DNA of 64,000 nucleotides from Zygnema circumcarinatum SAG 698-1b (lineage: Eukaryota > Plantae > Zygnematophyceae): assembly GCA_037447605.1 (NCBI GenBank), contig CM074820.1:744001-808000 (forward strand). Reading direction: 5' to 3'. Shown here in pieces: positions 12,393-24,930 of this stretch. Positions within the stretch are counted from its first letter, which is position 1; each line of letters begins with the position of its first letter. Below the pieces are notes generated by a model, which was given only the letters and a program-made list of their open reading frames with translations, did no database searches and was not told where the DNA came from. Both the position numbers and the translations under genes were made by a program.

Positions 12393-13339
12393 TTCGTATA
12401 TGTGCCTCTAGTTTCTTTCAAAAGCTGCCAGAAAACAGAGCAATGGAAAAAAATCTTAGAATTCAATTTGATTTACCTGGCTGGTACCAATAGAGAAAGG
12501 AAGCTAGAAAGGAAGCTGCTAGAAAGCTTCCGTTCTTTCTTTCCCTCTTCCGCTCTTTCTCTCTCCCTCTCTCGTCCTCTCACTCTCTCACTCTCTCTCT
12601 CACTCTCGCGTCCGTTGCACTCTATCTCTCGTCTCTCTTTCTTTGCCTCTCGTACTTCCTCTCACTCCCACTCTCCTCCCCCTCTCCTCCCCCTCTCCTC
12701 CCCCTCTCCTCCCCCTCTCCCCCCGTTCCTTCCTCGCCTTCTCTCTCTTTCTCCCTTTGCCTCTTCCCCCCATTCCCCTTCTCCCAACTCCCCCTCGTTG
12801 CTCTCACACTCTCAGGAGGAGAGAGCAAGATTGGGCAGAGTGAGAGGGAATGTGTGAGGGGGTGTAACGAACGCAACATCTGCCAGCGCGGAGTGGACAC
12901 CGAGCTTGCAGTGATGTTCGTGTTCGCCCATGAAAAATCCACTACAGTCCCTGCAAGCTCGGTGTTGCACACCCCCTCTCTCGTCTCTCTGTGCTTCTAC
13001 TATCACTCTTTCCCCCTCTCCCCCTCTCCCTCTTCCCTTGCCTCCCCCTCACCCCCCTCCCCTTCACCCACTTCCCCTCTCCCCTCCCCCCCCCCCCCCA
13101 CTCCCTGCCCCTCCCCGTCTCCCTCTCTCTCTTTTGTCTTTGTGCATCCCTTGAAGTTCCTTCTTCGATGGCGTACAGGTTCTGGTTTGGCAGGCCCTCC
13201 CAAGTCGAGGGTAGCGAGATATTCCCGACATGGGGTAAGCCATTTGTGCAGGCATTCAAGAATTGTGGGGCTTCCAATACCTTCGAATCTTGCCCCTCGA
13301 TCAAGAAACCCACTGAATAGGAGGCAACACAAGGTCTGA

Positions 13340-13815
13340 CGATTGAATCGTCAACCATTGACAACCATTGGCAACAATTTGTTGACTGTTCCATGGTTGG
13401 CAATCCTTAAATTGCTTAACCGTTGGCAACCAATGTCTGCGACCATCGTCAATCGTTGGCTAGGTCCGACGCCAATGGTTGGAACCATTGGCAACGCCTT
13501 AAAGCTATTGAACCCAATGGTTGGCTGGATCCTACATCGATGGTAGGGAACCATGTCATCGGCTCGCAGTCATTGAATTCCAATGGTTGGCTGGTCCGCC
13601 CATCAAGATTTTGTACGCCGACTGGCGATTTCAAGCTCACGTCATCACATCCACAGAAGGTGCTTTAACCAATGTATCGTAAATCACAAGTAATATATAA
13701 ATGAAAAAAAACTAAAAATACTATGAAAATTCCCTAGCCAATGGTTCGAACCATTGGCAATTTTTGCAATCAATGCCAATGGTTGGCTGGGTCATTAATC
13801 AACGGTTGTGCAACA
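13340..13815. repeat. Region of dispersed AACCATTGG/CCAATGGTT motifs in both orientations; probable transposon subterminal remnant
   Basis: More than ten copies of CCATTG/CAATGG-type motifs in ~470 bp. Confidence 0.6.
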
Positions 13816-13996
13816 CAAGACGCTTTACCAGATGAGATCCCAACCCTTCATTCCAGAGAACTTCTCACAAGCCCTCTCCCTGGACCAATTAGGGTTGCTT
13901 CACCACTAGTAGCCACTTCTTTATTTCTCCCATTCCAACCTTCCAACACTTCCCAAAAAAAACTTAGCCAAAGGAACCATCCTAATTTCAAGCCTC

Positions 13997-16619
13997 CTAC
14001 GGCTCACTCTCTCCCCTCTTCTCCCCCTGCGTCCCAAAAGCAGCCTCTGCCAAATCAACCGCCCTCGCCAAGCCTGCTGCCTTGTTCACGCACTCTTGAT
14101 ACTCCGCCTCAGGCTTGCTGTCTGCCACTATCCCTGCTCCTGCTTGAATATGCACCACCCATTCCCTTCTAGGTCTCGAGTTTTTGTAAGAGTAGAGAGT
14201 GTCATAGCGAGCATAAGTTGGGAAGACCATGGTTCTAAGGGCAAGGGCGATGTCCATCTCTCCTGTGAAGGACACATAGCCCATGCCTCCGCCATAGGGG
14301 CCCCTTCGAGTGGGCTCAAGCTCATCTATGAGCTCCATGGCTCTCACTTTTGGGGCTCCGCTGACAGTGCCCACCGGGAGGGCGGCTCGGAGGGCGTCCC
14401 AACAGGTGAGGTCGTCAAGGAGCTCGCCGGTCACCTGTGGAACATTCACAGGGAAAGCGTTCGAGACTATATGTTGATAGGAGGGCTTTAAGGAATTTGT
14501 TAAACAGGNNNNNNNNNNGGAAGAGGGGAGAGGGGAGAGGGGAGAGGGACGAGGGGAGAGGGGAGAGGGGGGAGGAGGTCCTTACCGTTGAGCTAATGTG
14601 CATGACATGAGAGTAGCGCTCAATGTCCATTAGCTTCTCGACCCGTACCGTTCCCGCCTTGGAAACCTGCCAGGACGAGGTCGGTGGGATATGTCCATCA
14701 ATCAACGACGATGATGTCAATACTACCATCAATGATGCCGGAAAAACCATGTCTAGATTCATGGTACATGTACCTGCGTACTTTCCCTCCGAGAGCTCAC
14801 CGACTGACGTGATTGCATCCCATGCATACCTGACATGCATGCGTATGCATCTCATGCCCACACATGGATCTGTCCAAGACCAAAGCATCCCATCCCATGC
14901 CATACATACATACATACATACATGCATGCATGCATACCTTGCCCACATCATTGCGGCCGAGGTCCACCAGCATGACATGCTCCGCACATTCCTTCTCATC
15001 CGCGAGCAGCTCCTCCGCCAACGCTTGGTCTTCCTCCACAGTTCGACCTCGCCGCCGCGTTCCCGCAAGAGGTCTATTGACCACACGTCGCTGCATTACA
15101 TACAAACAGTTTAGGGTTCCATATGCTCCTGAATGTTGGCGGAGTTCAAGGTTTTTAGGACTTCTACAGATTTCAAGGTTAAAGTTTTCAGAGAACATAG
15201 GTTTTTCTCATGGCTCCACGGATTCCGGGTTAATGATTTTTCTTATCATTGTATCTTTTTGGGCTACTGCAAATTTCATACCTTTTTGGTTTTCTTCTGC
15301 AGAAGTACAGAAATGCGGAAAGTTACGTGTGTGAAAGAGAGTGAGCTCTCACCCCAGGGGCTATGCGACAGAGAATCTCCGGACTTGATGCCACCAGAAT
15401 GCAGCCTCGGGTCTGCAGCAAAAGTAGAGCAGTCAATACGACTACGACTACGACTACGACTACCACTACCACTACCACTACCACTACCACTACCACTACC
15501 ACTACCACTACCACTACCACTACCACTACCACTACCACTACCACTCCCACTCCCACTCCCACTCCCACTCCCACTCCAACTCCCACTCCCACTCCCACTC
15601 CCACTCCCACTCCCACTCCCACTCCCACTCCCACTCCCACTCCCACTCCCACTCCCACTCCCACTCCCACCCCACTCCCATTCCCACTCCCACTCCCACT
15701 CCTACCTCTACTCCCACTCCCACTCCCACTCCCACTCCCACTCCCACTCCCACTCCCACTCCCACTCCCACTCCCACTCCCACTCCCACTCCCACTCCCA
15801 CTCCCACTCCCACTCCCACCATTCCTCCTGCTACAGTGTCCCCCTCCCATTACCACAGCCCCTCCCACCAACACTCGTGCTCATGTTCATCGAAACTCTC
15901 CAAGACAAGCACTCCCTCCCTCCTCTGAAAGCAGTCAGCCATTCCCAATGCAGGAGAGCCCTCCCTGACGGCGGTGGTCACCTGCAGGTAGGTGAGGTAC
16001 GGACTCGGGTTGACGATCCTGAGCGAGCGGTATATCTCGAAGGGGTCCGCGAAGGTCCTCCTCTCAAAGCGCTGACTGAGCACGACCTGGAAGACGTCCC
16101 CCGCGGCGATGCGCTCCTTCGCGAGGAGGACCGCGCGCTCGTACTCGGACCGGGACATGGTGGAGGCCGACAAGAGGGACCCGTACTGCTCCACCGCAAG
16201 GTCCACGCTGCCCGAGTGCAGCTTGGGACTGCGGAGGGAGAGGGGGGGAGAGGGGGGGAGAGAGAGAGGGAGAGAGGGGGAGAGAGAGAGAGAGAGGGAG
16301 AGAGAGAGAGAGAGGGGTCCATGTTTGTGTGTGCGGGTTTGTGTGTGTGTGAGAGAGAGAGAGGGGTCCATGTTTTTGTGTGCGGGTGTGTGTGTGAGAG
16401 GGAGAGAGAGAGAGGGGTCCATGTTTGTGTGTTCGCGGGTGTGTGTGACAGAGAGAGAGAGAGGGTCCATGTTTGTGTGTGTGAGGGAGAGAAAGAGAGA
16501 TGAAAGGGAGAGACAGAACAGAGAGAGAGTGGCTGCACACTGCCTGTATGCGATTGGGGCCTGCAGGAGAGTCCCTGATTGTGTATGTGCGTGTGAGAGA
16601 GAGGGGGGGAGCGAGAGAG

Positions 16620-16652
<33 letters not shown>

Positions 16653-17785
16653 CTTACGCTGAACAAGGCTGAAGGCGCTCGACAATACTCTCGAGCCGCG
16701 CCCTCCCATTGCGGTACGCCTCCTCAACGGATGCAAACTCGGGCAAATGCACCCAACATATTACAAATATGACCTGCCTCAAACCCCGCGCAGCCACCAA
16801 AAAAAAAATTCCATTCTCAATTCCCTGCCTTTGTACTTTCACATAGGCCCTTCCCACCAGGAGGGGACGGCCTCCTTCCATAGTCAAAGATACAAAACCG
16901 GCGCTAAAACTAAAAATTTTGAATGAACGTACAAACGCATGAGAGAGAGAGAGAAGGGGAGGGAGAGGGGAGAGGGAGAGGGTGAGAGCGAGAGGGCAAC
17001 TTAGCAACGTGATGGAGAGAGAGGGGGGGCAGAGTGAGCGAGAGCAGCTTACGAACGTGATCGAGAGAGGAGAGTAGAAAAAAGGAGAGAGAGAGGGAGG
17101 GACAAAGAGAGAGAGAGAGAACACCTTACTAACGTGATCGAGAGGGGAGAGCGTAGGGGAAAGGAGAGAGAGAGAGAGGGACAGAGAGAGAGAGAGAGAG
17201 AGAGAGAACACCTTACTAACGTGATCGAACACAACCACGTCGTAGTAGAGCCCTAAGTGCATATCCGGCAGGCCTCTATCATCATGTGGGGCCTTCTCAA
17301 AGGGCAGTTTGCGATTTTCCACATATCGCACCGTATCATAAGATGTGTACCCAACCCAGCCCCCTGCAGACACCCCCTCCCCCCCCCCCAAAACCCAAAT
17401 TCACATCCCAAATTTCGAAATCACTTCTCCACTTCTGGTCCATTTCTTAACCCTACAAACTCAAATTCAAAAACTGAAAAAAAAAACTAAGTTCCGTACC
17501 ACAAAATGCCTTTGGAAGGCCCTCCACGGCGACAGGTTTCCAGTCGGCCGAAATGTCGGCCGGCGTCTTCATGGGGTCCTGGGAGAGGCTCTCTTGGGTG
17601 GTGCCCTTAACGTGGTCCAGCACCGTTACGCGGCCCTCCTTGGCGACCACCTCCAGGGCGGGCTGTGCCCCTACGTAGCTGTACCGCCCCTGCGGGCACA
17701 CCCCAGGACCTCACGCCAGGGGGTCAGAGCACCATCGAATGGGAACAGGGATAGGACCAAAGGGCTTATTTGAGTAGAGTACTCA

Positions 17786-17836
<51 letters not shown>

Positions 17837-17839
17837 ACA

Positions 17840-17870
<31 letters not shown>

Positions 17871-20217
17871 CTCTCTTGCTCTCTCCCTCTCTCTCTTTCT
17901 CGTTCTCTATCTTTTCCAACTTCCGTCGTCCCTCTCCCTTCCTATCACACATTCTTCCTCATTCTCTCCCTTTCTCCTCACCCTTCATTTTCTCCCTTAC
18001 CCTCTTCCTTCACCCTCCCCCCCCTCCTCACCCTTCATTCCCTCCCTCCCCCTCATCCTTCACCCCCTCCCCCCTCCTCACCCTTCATTCTCTCCCTTCC
18101 CCTCTTCCTTCACCTCCCCCTCCCTCCTCACCCTTCATTCTCTCTCTCCTCCCCCCCCCCCTCTTCCTTCACCCTCCCCTCCCTCCTCACCCTTCATTCC
18201 CTCCCTCCCCCTCATCCTTCACCCCCTCCCCCCTCCTCACCCTTCATTCTCTCCCTCCCCCTCTTCCTTCACCTCCTCCCTCCCATCCTCACCCCTCCCT
18301 CCCTCCTCACCCTTCATTCCCTCCCTCCCCCTCTTCCTTCACCCCCCCCCTCCCTCCTCACCCTTCATTCCCTCCCTCCCCCTCATCCTTCACCCCCTCC
18401 TCCCTCCTCACCCTTCATTCCCTCCCTCCCCCTCTTCCTTCACCCCCCCCTCCCTCCTCACCCTTCATCCTTCACCCCCCCCTCCCCCCCTCTTTCTCGT
18501 CCTCCTCCCTCTCTCAGAACCCCGACCGGTAACGGCACGCAAAAGGAGAGTTCCCCCACCATCCTGCTCCCCGCGAGCGCGTGCTCCACCGACTCGAGGA
18601 GGAAGCTCGGCGCCTCGCGGTCGTCTGCGCGCACAAGGCAGCGGTACGCGAGGACGGGAGTGAGCTGGTCCGAGAACACGCGCCGCACTACGGGCACAAG
18701 GTTGCCCCTCCGGGCGGCCTCTCGGAACAGGAGGAAGTCTGCTCCCTCCCTCCCTCCCTACTTTCATCAATTTCGCACTCAGGTTAACGAAATCTGTCCA
18801 AATTCAGAACAGATCAGAAGGGCTTTTCTACCTCGTGGATGGAGTCAGCATTCGGAAACGCAAAGGTTATGGAATTCAGCAAGAAAGTATGAGGGTTTGT
18901 ATGGATATCCATGCTTGAAGGAACTGCAGACAATAGACAACATTGAAATGGACCTTCTCTCTTCAAAAGTAAATGGTGGATGGCGAGTTATGGAGAGAGC
19001 CCACCTGCGGAGATGTCTGGGACTGATCCGGAATCTTGAGACCCCAAATCAGAAGCTTGTTTTGAACCCGACGGTGATGCGTTCAGCACAACATTCTCTC
19101 CCGACATCGCTGCAAAAATGTGCAAAGAAAATGAGTGTTGAAACAGAAAAATGGAAAAAGTTAATGATGATACCAGACACGATAAGGTGTAAAACGACAT
19201 CACTTAGAAGGATGAATAGGAGGAAAGACACACTCTTCAGAAAAGTAGGTAAGTTAAGATCAAGCAAGCCAAAATCTTCCTTTTTCGATCTCCCTTCCCT
19301 TCTCTCTGCCCTCCTCCTCTCAATTTCTCTGCCCTCTCCCTTCTCCCGCCTCCCTCCATCTCCCTTACCCCTCACTCCCGCCCTCCTCCCTCCCTCCATT
19401 TCCCGTTCCTCTCTCTCACACCCTCCTCCAATCCTTCTCTCTCTCTCGCTCCCTCTCTCTCTCTCTCTCACTGACAACACTCACCTGAAGAAACTGCTGC
19501 TGCTTCGCAAACTGCACCAATTGACTCCCACTTTTTTGAGCCCGCAAAGGAGCTCCTTGACTCCCCTGCCTCTCTCCCATTCAAAAGGGAAAGCCCAAAA
19601 AAGGCTCCTTTTTTGAAGGCCACTTTTTGTAAACATTTTCGTTGTCTACTGTCCTGCACATGCAGAAACACTGCCTTGGATGCAGGTCCTGCATGCAATT
19701 AAGAAGAAATAAATGAAAGGGAAAGAGAGAGGTGGGGCTACGGAGTCTAGAAAATGCAATTGAATGCAATGTGGGTTATAAGTAAGGTTCGCTGCACATT
19801 AAATTTCTAAATAGCTCCAAATCCCACAAGATTTACCAACCCTTAAAATCCGAAATCCCCGTCCTGAAATGCTTCGATCATAAATTTTAAAACCTGACAA
19901 AAAACTTCACTAAGAAAATCTTAAACTAACAAACCCCTTAAACCCTTCAACCCAACACCCATAATGGGACTTCCCACCCAACAAAACGACCCAATTTCCT
20001 GAAATTCACCTTCAAAACGACCCAAAATCGTAAAATTAAACCAAAAAAACCTCAACAAACAGCACACTACGAAACATTAATTACGTAATATCATGAAACT
20101 ACGAAACAACTAATTATGGCCAATCTCTTTTTTTTTTTTTCCTTGAATCCAAAAGCAAGCCATTGCTGCACCACCTGCTGCTGCTGCTGCAGGTGCAAGT
20201 GCAGCAGTCGCCCCCAT
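13997..20217 (-). CDS. ASA: Anthranilate synthase alpha subunit (component I), plastid-targeted, 11 exons
   Basis: Exons 20217-20175, 19688-19485, 18738-18560, 17689-17500, 17363-17212, 16773-16658, 16228-15982, 15412-15353, 15090-14938, 14666-14586, 14434-13997; phases fit. Motifs [75 protein letters not shown]. The first two exons are less certain. Confidence 0.95.
15437..15816. repeat. Intronic hexamer array (CTACGA to CTACCA to CTCCCA)
   Basis: Read directly; lies in the ASA intron 15413-15981. Confidence 0.95.
17940..18500. repeat. Intronic pyrimidine-rich minisatellite, ~40-bp unit CCCTCCTCACCCTTCATTC...
   Basis: About ten diverged copies in an ASA intron. Confidence 0.85.
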
Positions 20218-20329
20218 CTCCCTCCGCCCCTCCAGCCGGCAGCCGTACGGCCCCGCACCCGCGGACAGCCGCTGCATGGCGCCGCCCCTCCCTCCCCGCT
20301 CCTCTCCCTCTCCCTCTCCGCCAAAGCCC

Positions 20330-21450
20330 TAAACCCCACAAGCCCTACGGCCTGCCTGTGCGCCTCTAACCCTAACCTCAACCCTAACCTCAACCCTAAC
20401 CCTAACCCTAACCCTAATCCCTTAAACCCCTCCCCTTACTCTGTACAAACCCCTCCCTCTCATGCATTCATGCCTGCCCGTACGTATGCATGCATGCATG
20501 CATCCATGCATCCATCCATGGCGTACTGCAGATAAGCGGCAACCCCCTGCCAACTGGCGCCGAGCTGGCGACGTGACGTGACGTGACGTGGCCGACACGC
20601 TCCACACTACAGTACTCGGAAATCGATGTCTGAACCCTGCGAAACCCTCCAGACGGTACGAAGGATAATCGTACGGATGTCCGGAAAGTGTGGCGTCCGT
20701 ACGCCTCCGCAGGAACGCAAAATCCGGAAAACTTCGTGAAGCCTAAACGCTTTTTCGGAAACTTAAAACCCGAATACCGGTTCGGACTCCGAAAATTCAG
20801 AATTCCGAGGAGCACGGGCCAGGACGGCCTGGCCGTCCGTCTGCGTGAGCTGAGTTCAATCCCTGACACGTCCCTTAAAAAAAAACAGAGATAGAAATTC
20901 TCTTGCGAGTACGCATCTGCCTCTGAACCCTAGAAATGTTCTCTAAACCCTAAGACGTGACCGCTCTCCCGAAACCCTACACCCCTAACTCTTCCCCTGA
21001 ACCCCGAGACCTCACCTTAAACCGTAACCCCTGAACCCTAAACCCGAAAACCCTAAACCCTGATTCTATACTCCGACCCTTACTCCTAGCCCTAACCCTT
21101 AATCCTCGCCCCTACACCCAACCCCTACCCAGAAACCCTAAACCCTAACCCCTTGGCCGCCCTCTGATGCCCTAATCCTCTATCCTAACCCTAAAACCCT
21201 GACCCTGAACCCTAAACTTCACCCCTCACCCCTATTCCCAAAACCCTAACCCTGAACCCCCAACCCCTCACCCCTACCCCATCACCCCTCCCCCTCCCCT
21301 CTAAACCCTAAGCCCAAAACCCTAACCCTGAACCCTCACCTCTACCCCCTACCCCCTTCCCCCTACCCTCTACCCCCTACCCACCTCCCCCTACCCCCTA
21401 GACCCTAAACCCTACNNNNNNNNNNTACCCCATAAACCCTAAACCTTCAA
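20330..21450. repeat. Interstitial telomere-like tracts (CCCTAA, CCCTAAA and variants) in the ASA/MED6 divergent promoter region
   Basis: (CCCTAA)n at ~20365-20420; degenerate CCCTAAA/CCCTGAA/CCCCTA array at ~20925-21450, including an assembly gap. Confidence 0.85.
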
Positions 21451-21482
21451 CCCTTCCCCCTACCCCCTACCCCCTACCCGCG

Positions 21483-23877
21483 ATGCTCCCCTCCCCGTCC
21501 CCCCCCGCTCCTCTCCCCGGCCCTCTCCCTCCCCCTCCTCCCCCTGCCCCCGCGGCGGACCTGACGGGCGTGTGCTTCCGCGATGCGCTATTCCTGGGCC
21601 CCGCGGGCCACCTCCCGGGGGGGGCCCTCTTCGAGTACTTCTCGCGCTCGCCCTTCTACGACCGCGCGGCCGCGAACGAGGGCCTGCGCGCGCAGGGCCG
21701 CCACCCGCTCGACCTGCACGCTCTGTATGTACGGATTGTACGGAGGGATTAGGGTTAGGGTGTAGGGTTTTGGGTTTTGGAATTTTGGGGCTTTGAGTTG
21801 AGGGGTGGAAGATGTTCCGAGTTCGAGGAGGGAGACGTACGGCGTTGGGGTCTTCGCGGGGTTTTGAATTGGTTGGTGGGGTCTTAGTGCGGTTTGGGGG
21901 ATGGTGGGAGGTTGGGTTTTAGTGGTTAGAACATCTGGAATGTTTTTGAAATTTTATGGGGTTTAACCCTGTTGGACCTCTCTCTCCCTCCCCCGCTCCT
22001 CTCTCCCTTTCCCTCTTCCTCTCCTCTCCCTCTCCCACTCCCTCTCCCTCTCCCTTTCCCTCTCCCTCTCCCTCTCACTCTCCCTCTCCCTCTCCCTCTC
22101 CCTCTCCCTCTCCCTCTCCCTCTCTTCCTCTCACTCCCTCTCCCTCTCTCCCTCTCCCTCTCTCTCTCCCTCTCCCTCACCCACTGTCCCTCTATCTATC
22201 TTTCTTTTTCTCTCTCTTTCTTCTCTCTCGCTCTCTCCCTCTCCCACTCTTCCTCAAACTCTATCTCTCTTTTTCTCTCTCTCTCTTCTCCCTCTCCCCC
22301 TCGCCCACTCTCCCTCCATCCCTATCTCTCTTTCGCTCTCTCCCTCCCTCTCCCTCGCCTACTCTCCCCTTATCTCTACCTCTGTCTCTCTCTCTCTCCC
22401 TCGCCCACTCTCCCTCTCTCCCTCTTCCTGCCTTCTTTTCCCTCTCTCTAATCCTCTCTCTCTCCCTTCCTCCCATCCTTTTCCCCCTCCTCGTTTTTGC
22501 ACCCCCTCCCCCCCCCCAGTAAAGCTGCTGCCGCCCGCAAGGCGACAATCGAGTACGGCCTGCAGCAGGCGCAGGAGCCCCACCTCTTCGTCCTGCAGAA
22601 GCAGATCCGCGAAAGCGCGGAGAGGGCGACACCTGTCGCGGTGTACTACGTCCTGGACGGCTCCGTCTACCAAGCGCCCACGCTGCTCGGCGTCATCGGC
22701 TCAAGAATGGTGGGCGCTTTGGCATATTTATTTCTTAAAAAAAAAATTCATTTTTTTTTATTTAGATAACAATTCGTTTTAACGTTCATGTAACTTTTTT
22801 TATTTGTTGATTTTGCAATACTTCAGCCCCTTCTCCCCCTACCGTTTTTTTTTTTTTGACCTTTGTGTTGGGTTTTTGGAGTTTTCCTTGGTGGGCGTGG
22901 TTTAGTCGTAGTAGGGTTTTAGGGTTTTTGTGTCCTCTTCTTGGGAGGTATCCAGAGCATCAAGTTCCGCGGAGATATGCCAAACCCTAATTGGAAGGAA
23001 GGGATGGAGGGGGGTTTCAGGCGCGAAGTTTGCACCATATTGAGACTGCGTTCAAGGACTGCAGAGACCGCCTAGAGAGGCTGGACAAAGGTGGAGCGCT
23101 CTCTCTCTCTCTTTCGCCCCCCACTCTCTCTCTCGCTCTCTCCCGCTCTCTCTCGCTCTCCCTCTCTCTGGTCCTCCCGATTTGCTGTCTCCTCCCTCCC
23201 TTAAGCCTTCTCCCTTCCTCTCTTCTTCTGTCTCTGACTCTTCCCCTCTCTCTCTACACCTCTCCCGCCCTGTGTCTCTTCCCTCTCCCTTCCTGCCCCC
23301 TATCTCTCACCCTCTCGATTCCCCTCCTCTCTCTCCCTCCCCCTCCCCCTTCCCCTCCCTCTTTCCCTCCCTCCCTCCCTCCCTCCCCCTTCCCCTCAAT
23401 CCCTACCCTCCCTCNNNNNNNNNNCTCCCTCCCTCCCCCCTCCCTCAGACAAGGCGGGCGAGGAGGACGCCAAGTCGGAGGAGAAGCGCGCGGCGGCGGA
23501 GAAGGCGGTGGACCTCCGCGAGGTCCTCCGCGTGGACGGCATCCTCGCCTCCGTCTTCCACAAGGCACCTTCCCACCCTCAACCCTAAACCCTAAGCCCT
23601 AAACCCGAATCCCCACAAACCCTAAACTTGCCATCCAATAGAGGAGGACCTCTCAAGCTAACTCCATTGTTTGTTTCTTTGTTTTTTTTTGTTTTTTTGT
23701 TGGTTGCAGTTGAAGCCTGTCCCTGCCCCTCCCTCTGCCCTTCCGGGAGGGGGCCCACCAGCACACCCCTCCTCGGGAGCTGCCCAAGGAGGCGCTGAAC
23801 CCTCCTCCTCCGCAGGCAAACCCCAAGAAGGAGAAGCGGTCCAAGGGCCCACCAAGCGACTCAAAACTGAGCACTGA
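21483..23877 (+). CDS. MED6: Mediator of RNA polymerase II transcription subunit 6, 5 exons
   Basis: Exons 21483-21724, 22520-22709, 23021-23090, 23449-23564, 23710-23877. Motifs DLTGVCFRD, FEYFSRSPFYD, EPHLFVLQKQ, YYVLDGSVYQAP. Confidence 0.93.
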
Positions 23878-24289
23878 ATGCATGAATGAATGCCTTCTCT
23901 TTCCAACTGAAAGATCGCTCGTTTCTAAAAACAAAAGAAAAATAGAAAAAAATTGTACAAAGCTGTTCCATATTAACCAACCACTTTCACAGAGTTTGAC
24001 TAAGTGAAGCCTTCTTTAAATTAATCGCGTAAAGCGCCTCGGCTTGAAGTGAATTCTTTCCCAAACCTGAGGTAAAAAAATTGTGTTTAAAATCGATGCT
24101 AAATTCCTGTTAAGGGGCAGTTTACCGCTGTGCGTCACGTGGCCAATGACGACGCCCTATGTTCACAACGAACAAACCAAACAAAGGTCAAGGGCAAACC
24201 TTAGCGCTCTGTTCAGACTGGGACCGAATCATTTGAGGACCTTGGCTATTTACGAATCGCGTGCTGACACGTGGCGTCACATAATAATA

Positions 24290-24930
24290 AGCCCGGAAAG
24301 GTTTTTCTAACAGGCAGATGTTTCAGCGAATCGCATGCTGACACGTGACGCCATAGCTAAAACAAATCACACATGTATTGTGATTATCACAGAGCATAGA
24401 TTTAAATATCACAACAGAAGTGTGACAGTGTAAACAAATAGTTAAAAATCACATAACTCGGTGAATCGGTGATACTAAACTCTCGTGACAGCGCCCGGAA
24501 ACGTTTTTACAACGGGCAGATGTTTCAGCGAATTGCGTGCTAACACGTGGCGCCATAGCTTATACAAATCACATATACAGTATTGTGATTATCACAAAGA
24601 AGAGAAAGAGATGTTTGTTTGAACTCATGTGGCAAGGCCATCAAATATACATGGATAAAATCGACATAGGGAACCTGACGAAGCGGTCACAAAGGACCGG
24701 AGGACAAAAAGAAAAGCCTCGAAACGGAAATCTACTTCTATGCTCAACAACACGGCTCTAGAAGCAGCCGCCAAGGTCGCCGATGTACGGCGCAACACGC
24801 GCAGGAAGGGGCGGGAGACCACCGGGACGGGCGGGCGGGCACCGACCACCGCTGCGCGCACAAGGATGGTGGAAGCAACGCAGCGCTGCAGAGAATTAGT
24901 TTTAAATATCACAACAGAAGTGTGACAGCC
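24290..24930. repeat. Locally duplicated blocks, probable transposon remnant
   Basis: ~110-bp block at ~24290-24400 and ~24495-24600; TTTAAATATCACAACAGAAGTGTGACAG at ~24401 and ~24901. Confidence 0.75.

Noticed and set aside
13150-13345. Coding-like island (minus strand ...YSVGFLIEGQDSKVLE...; plus strand MAYRFWFGRPSQ...)
   Set aside because: No family recognised in any frame and no clear splice sites; needs a tBLASTx search.
15133-16503. Long low-complexity ORFs (poly-LP, HS, TP, ER and similar; also 17770-18663, 21956-22522, 62697-63383)
   Set aside because: Translations of intronic microsatellites.
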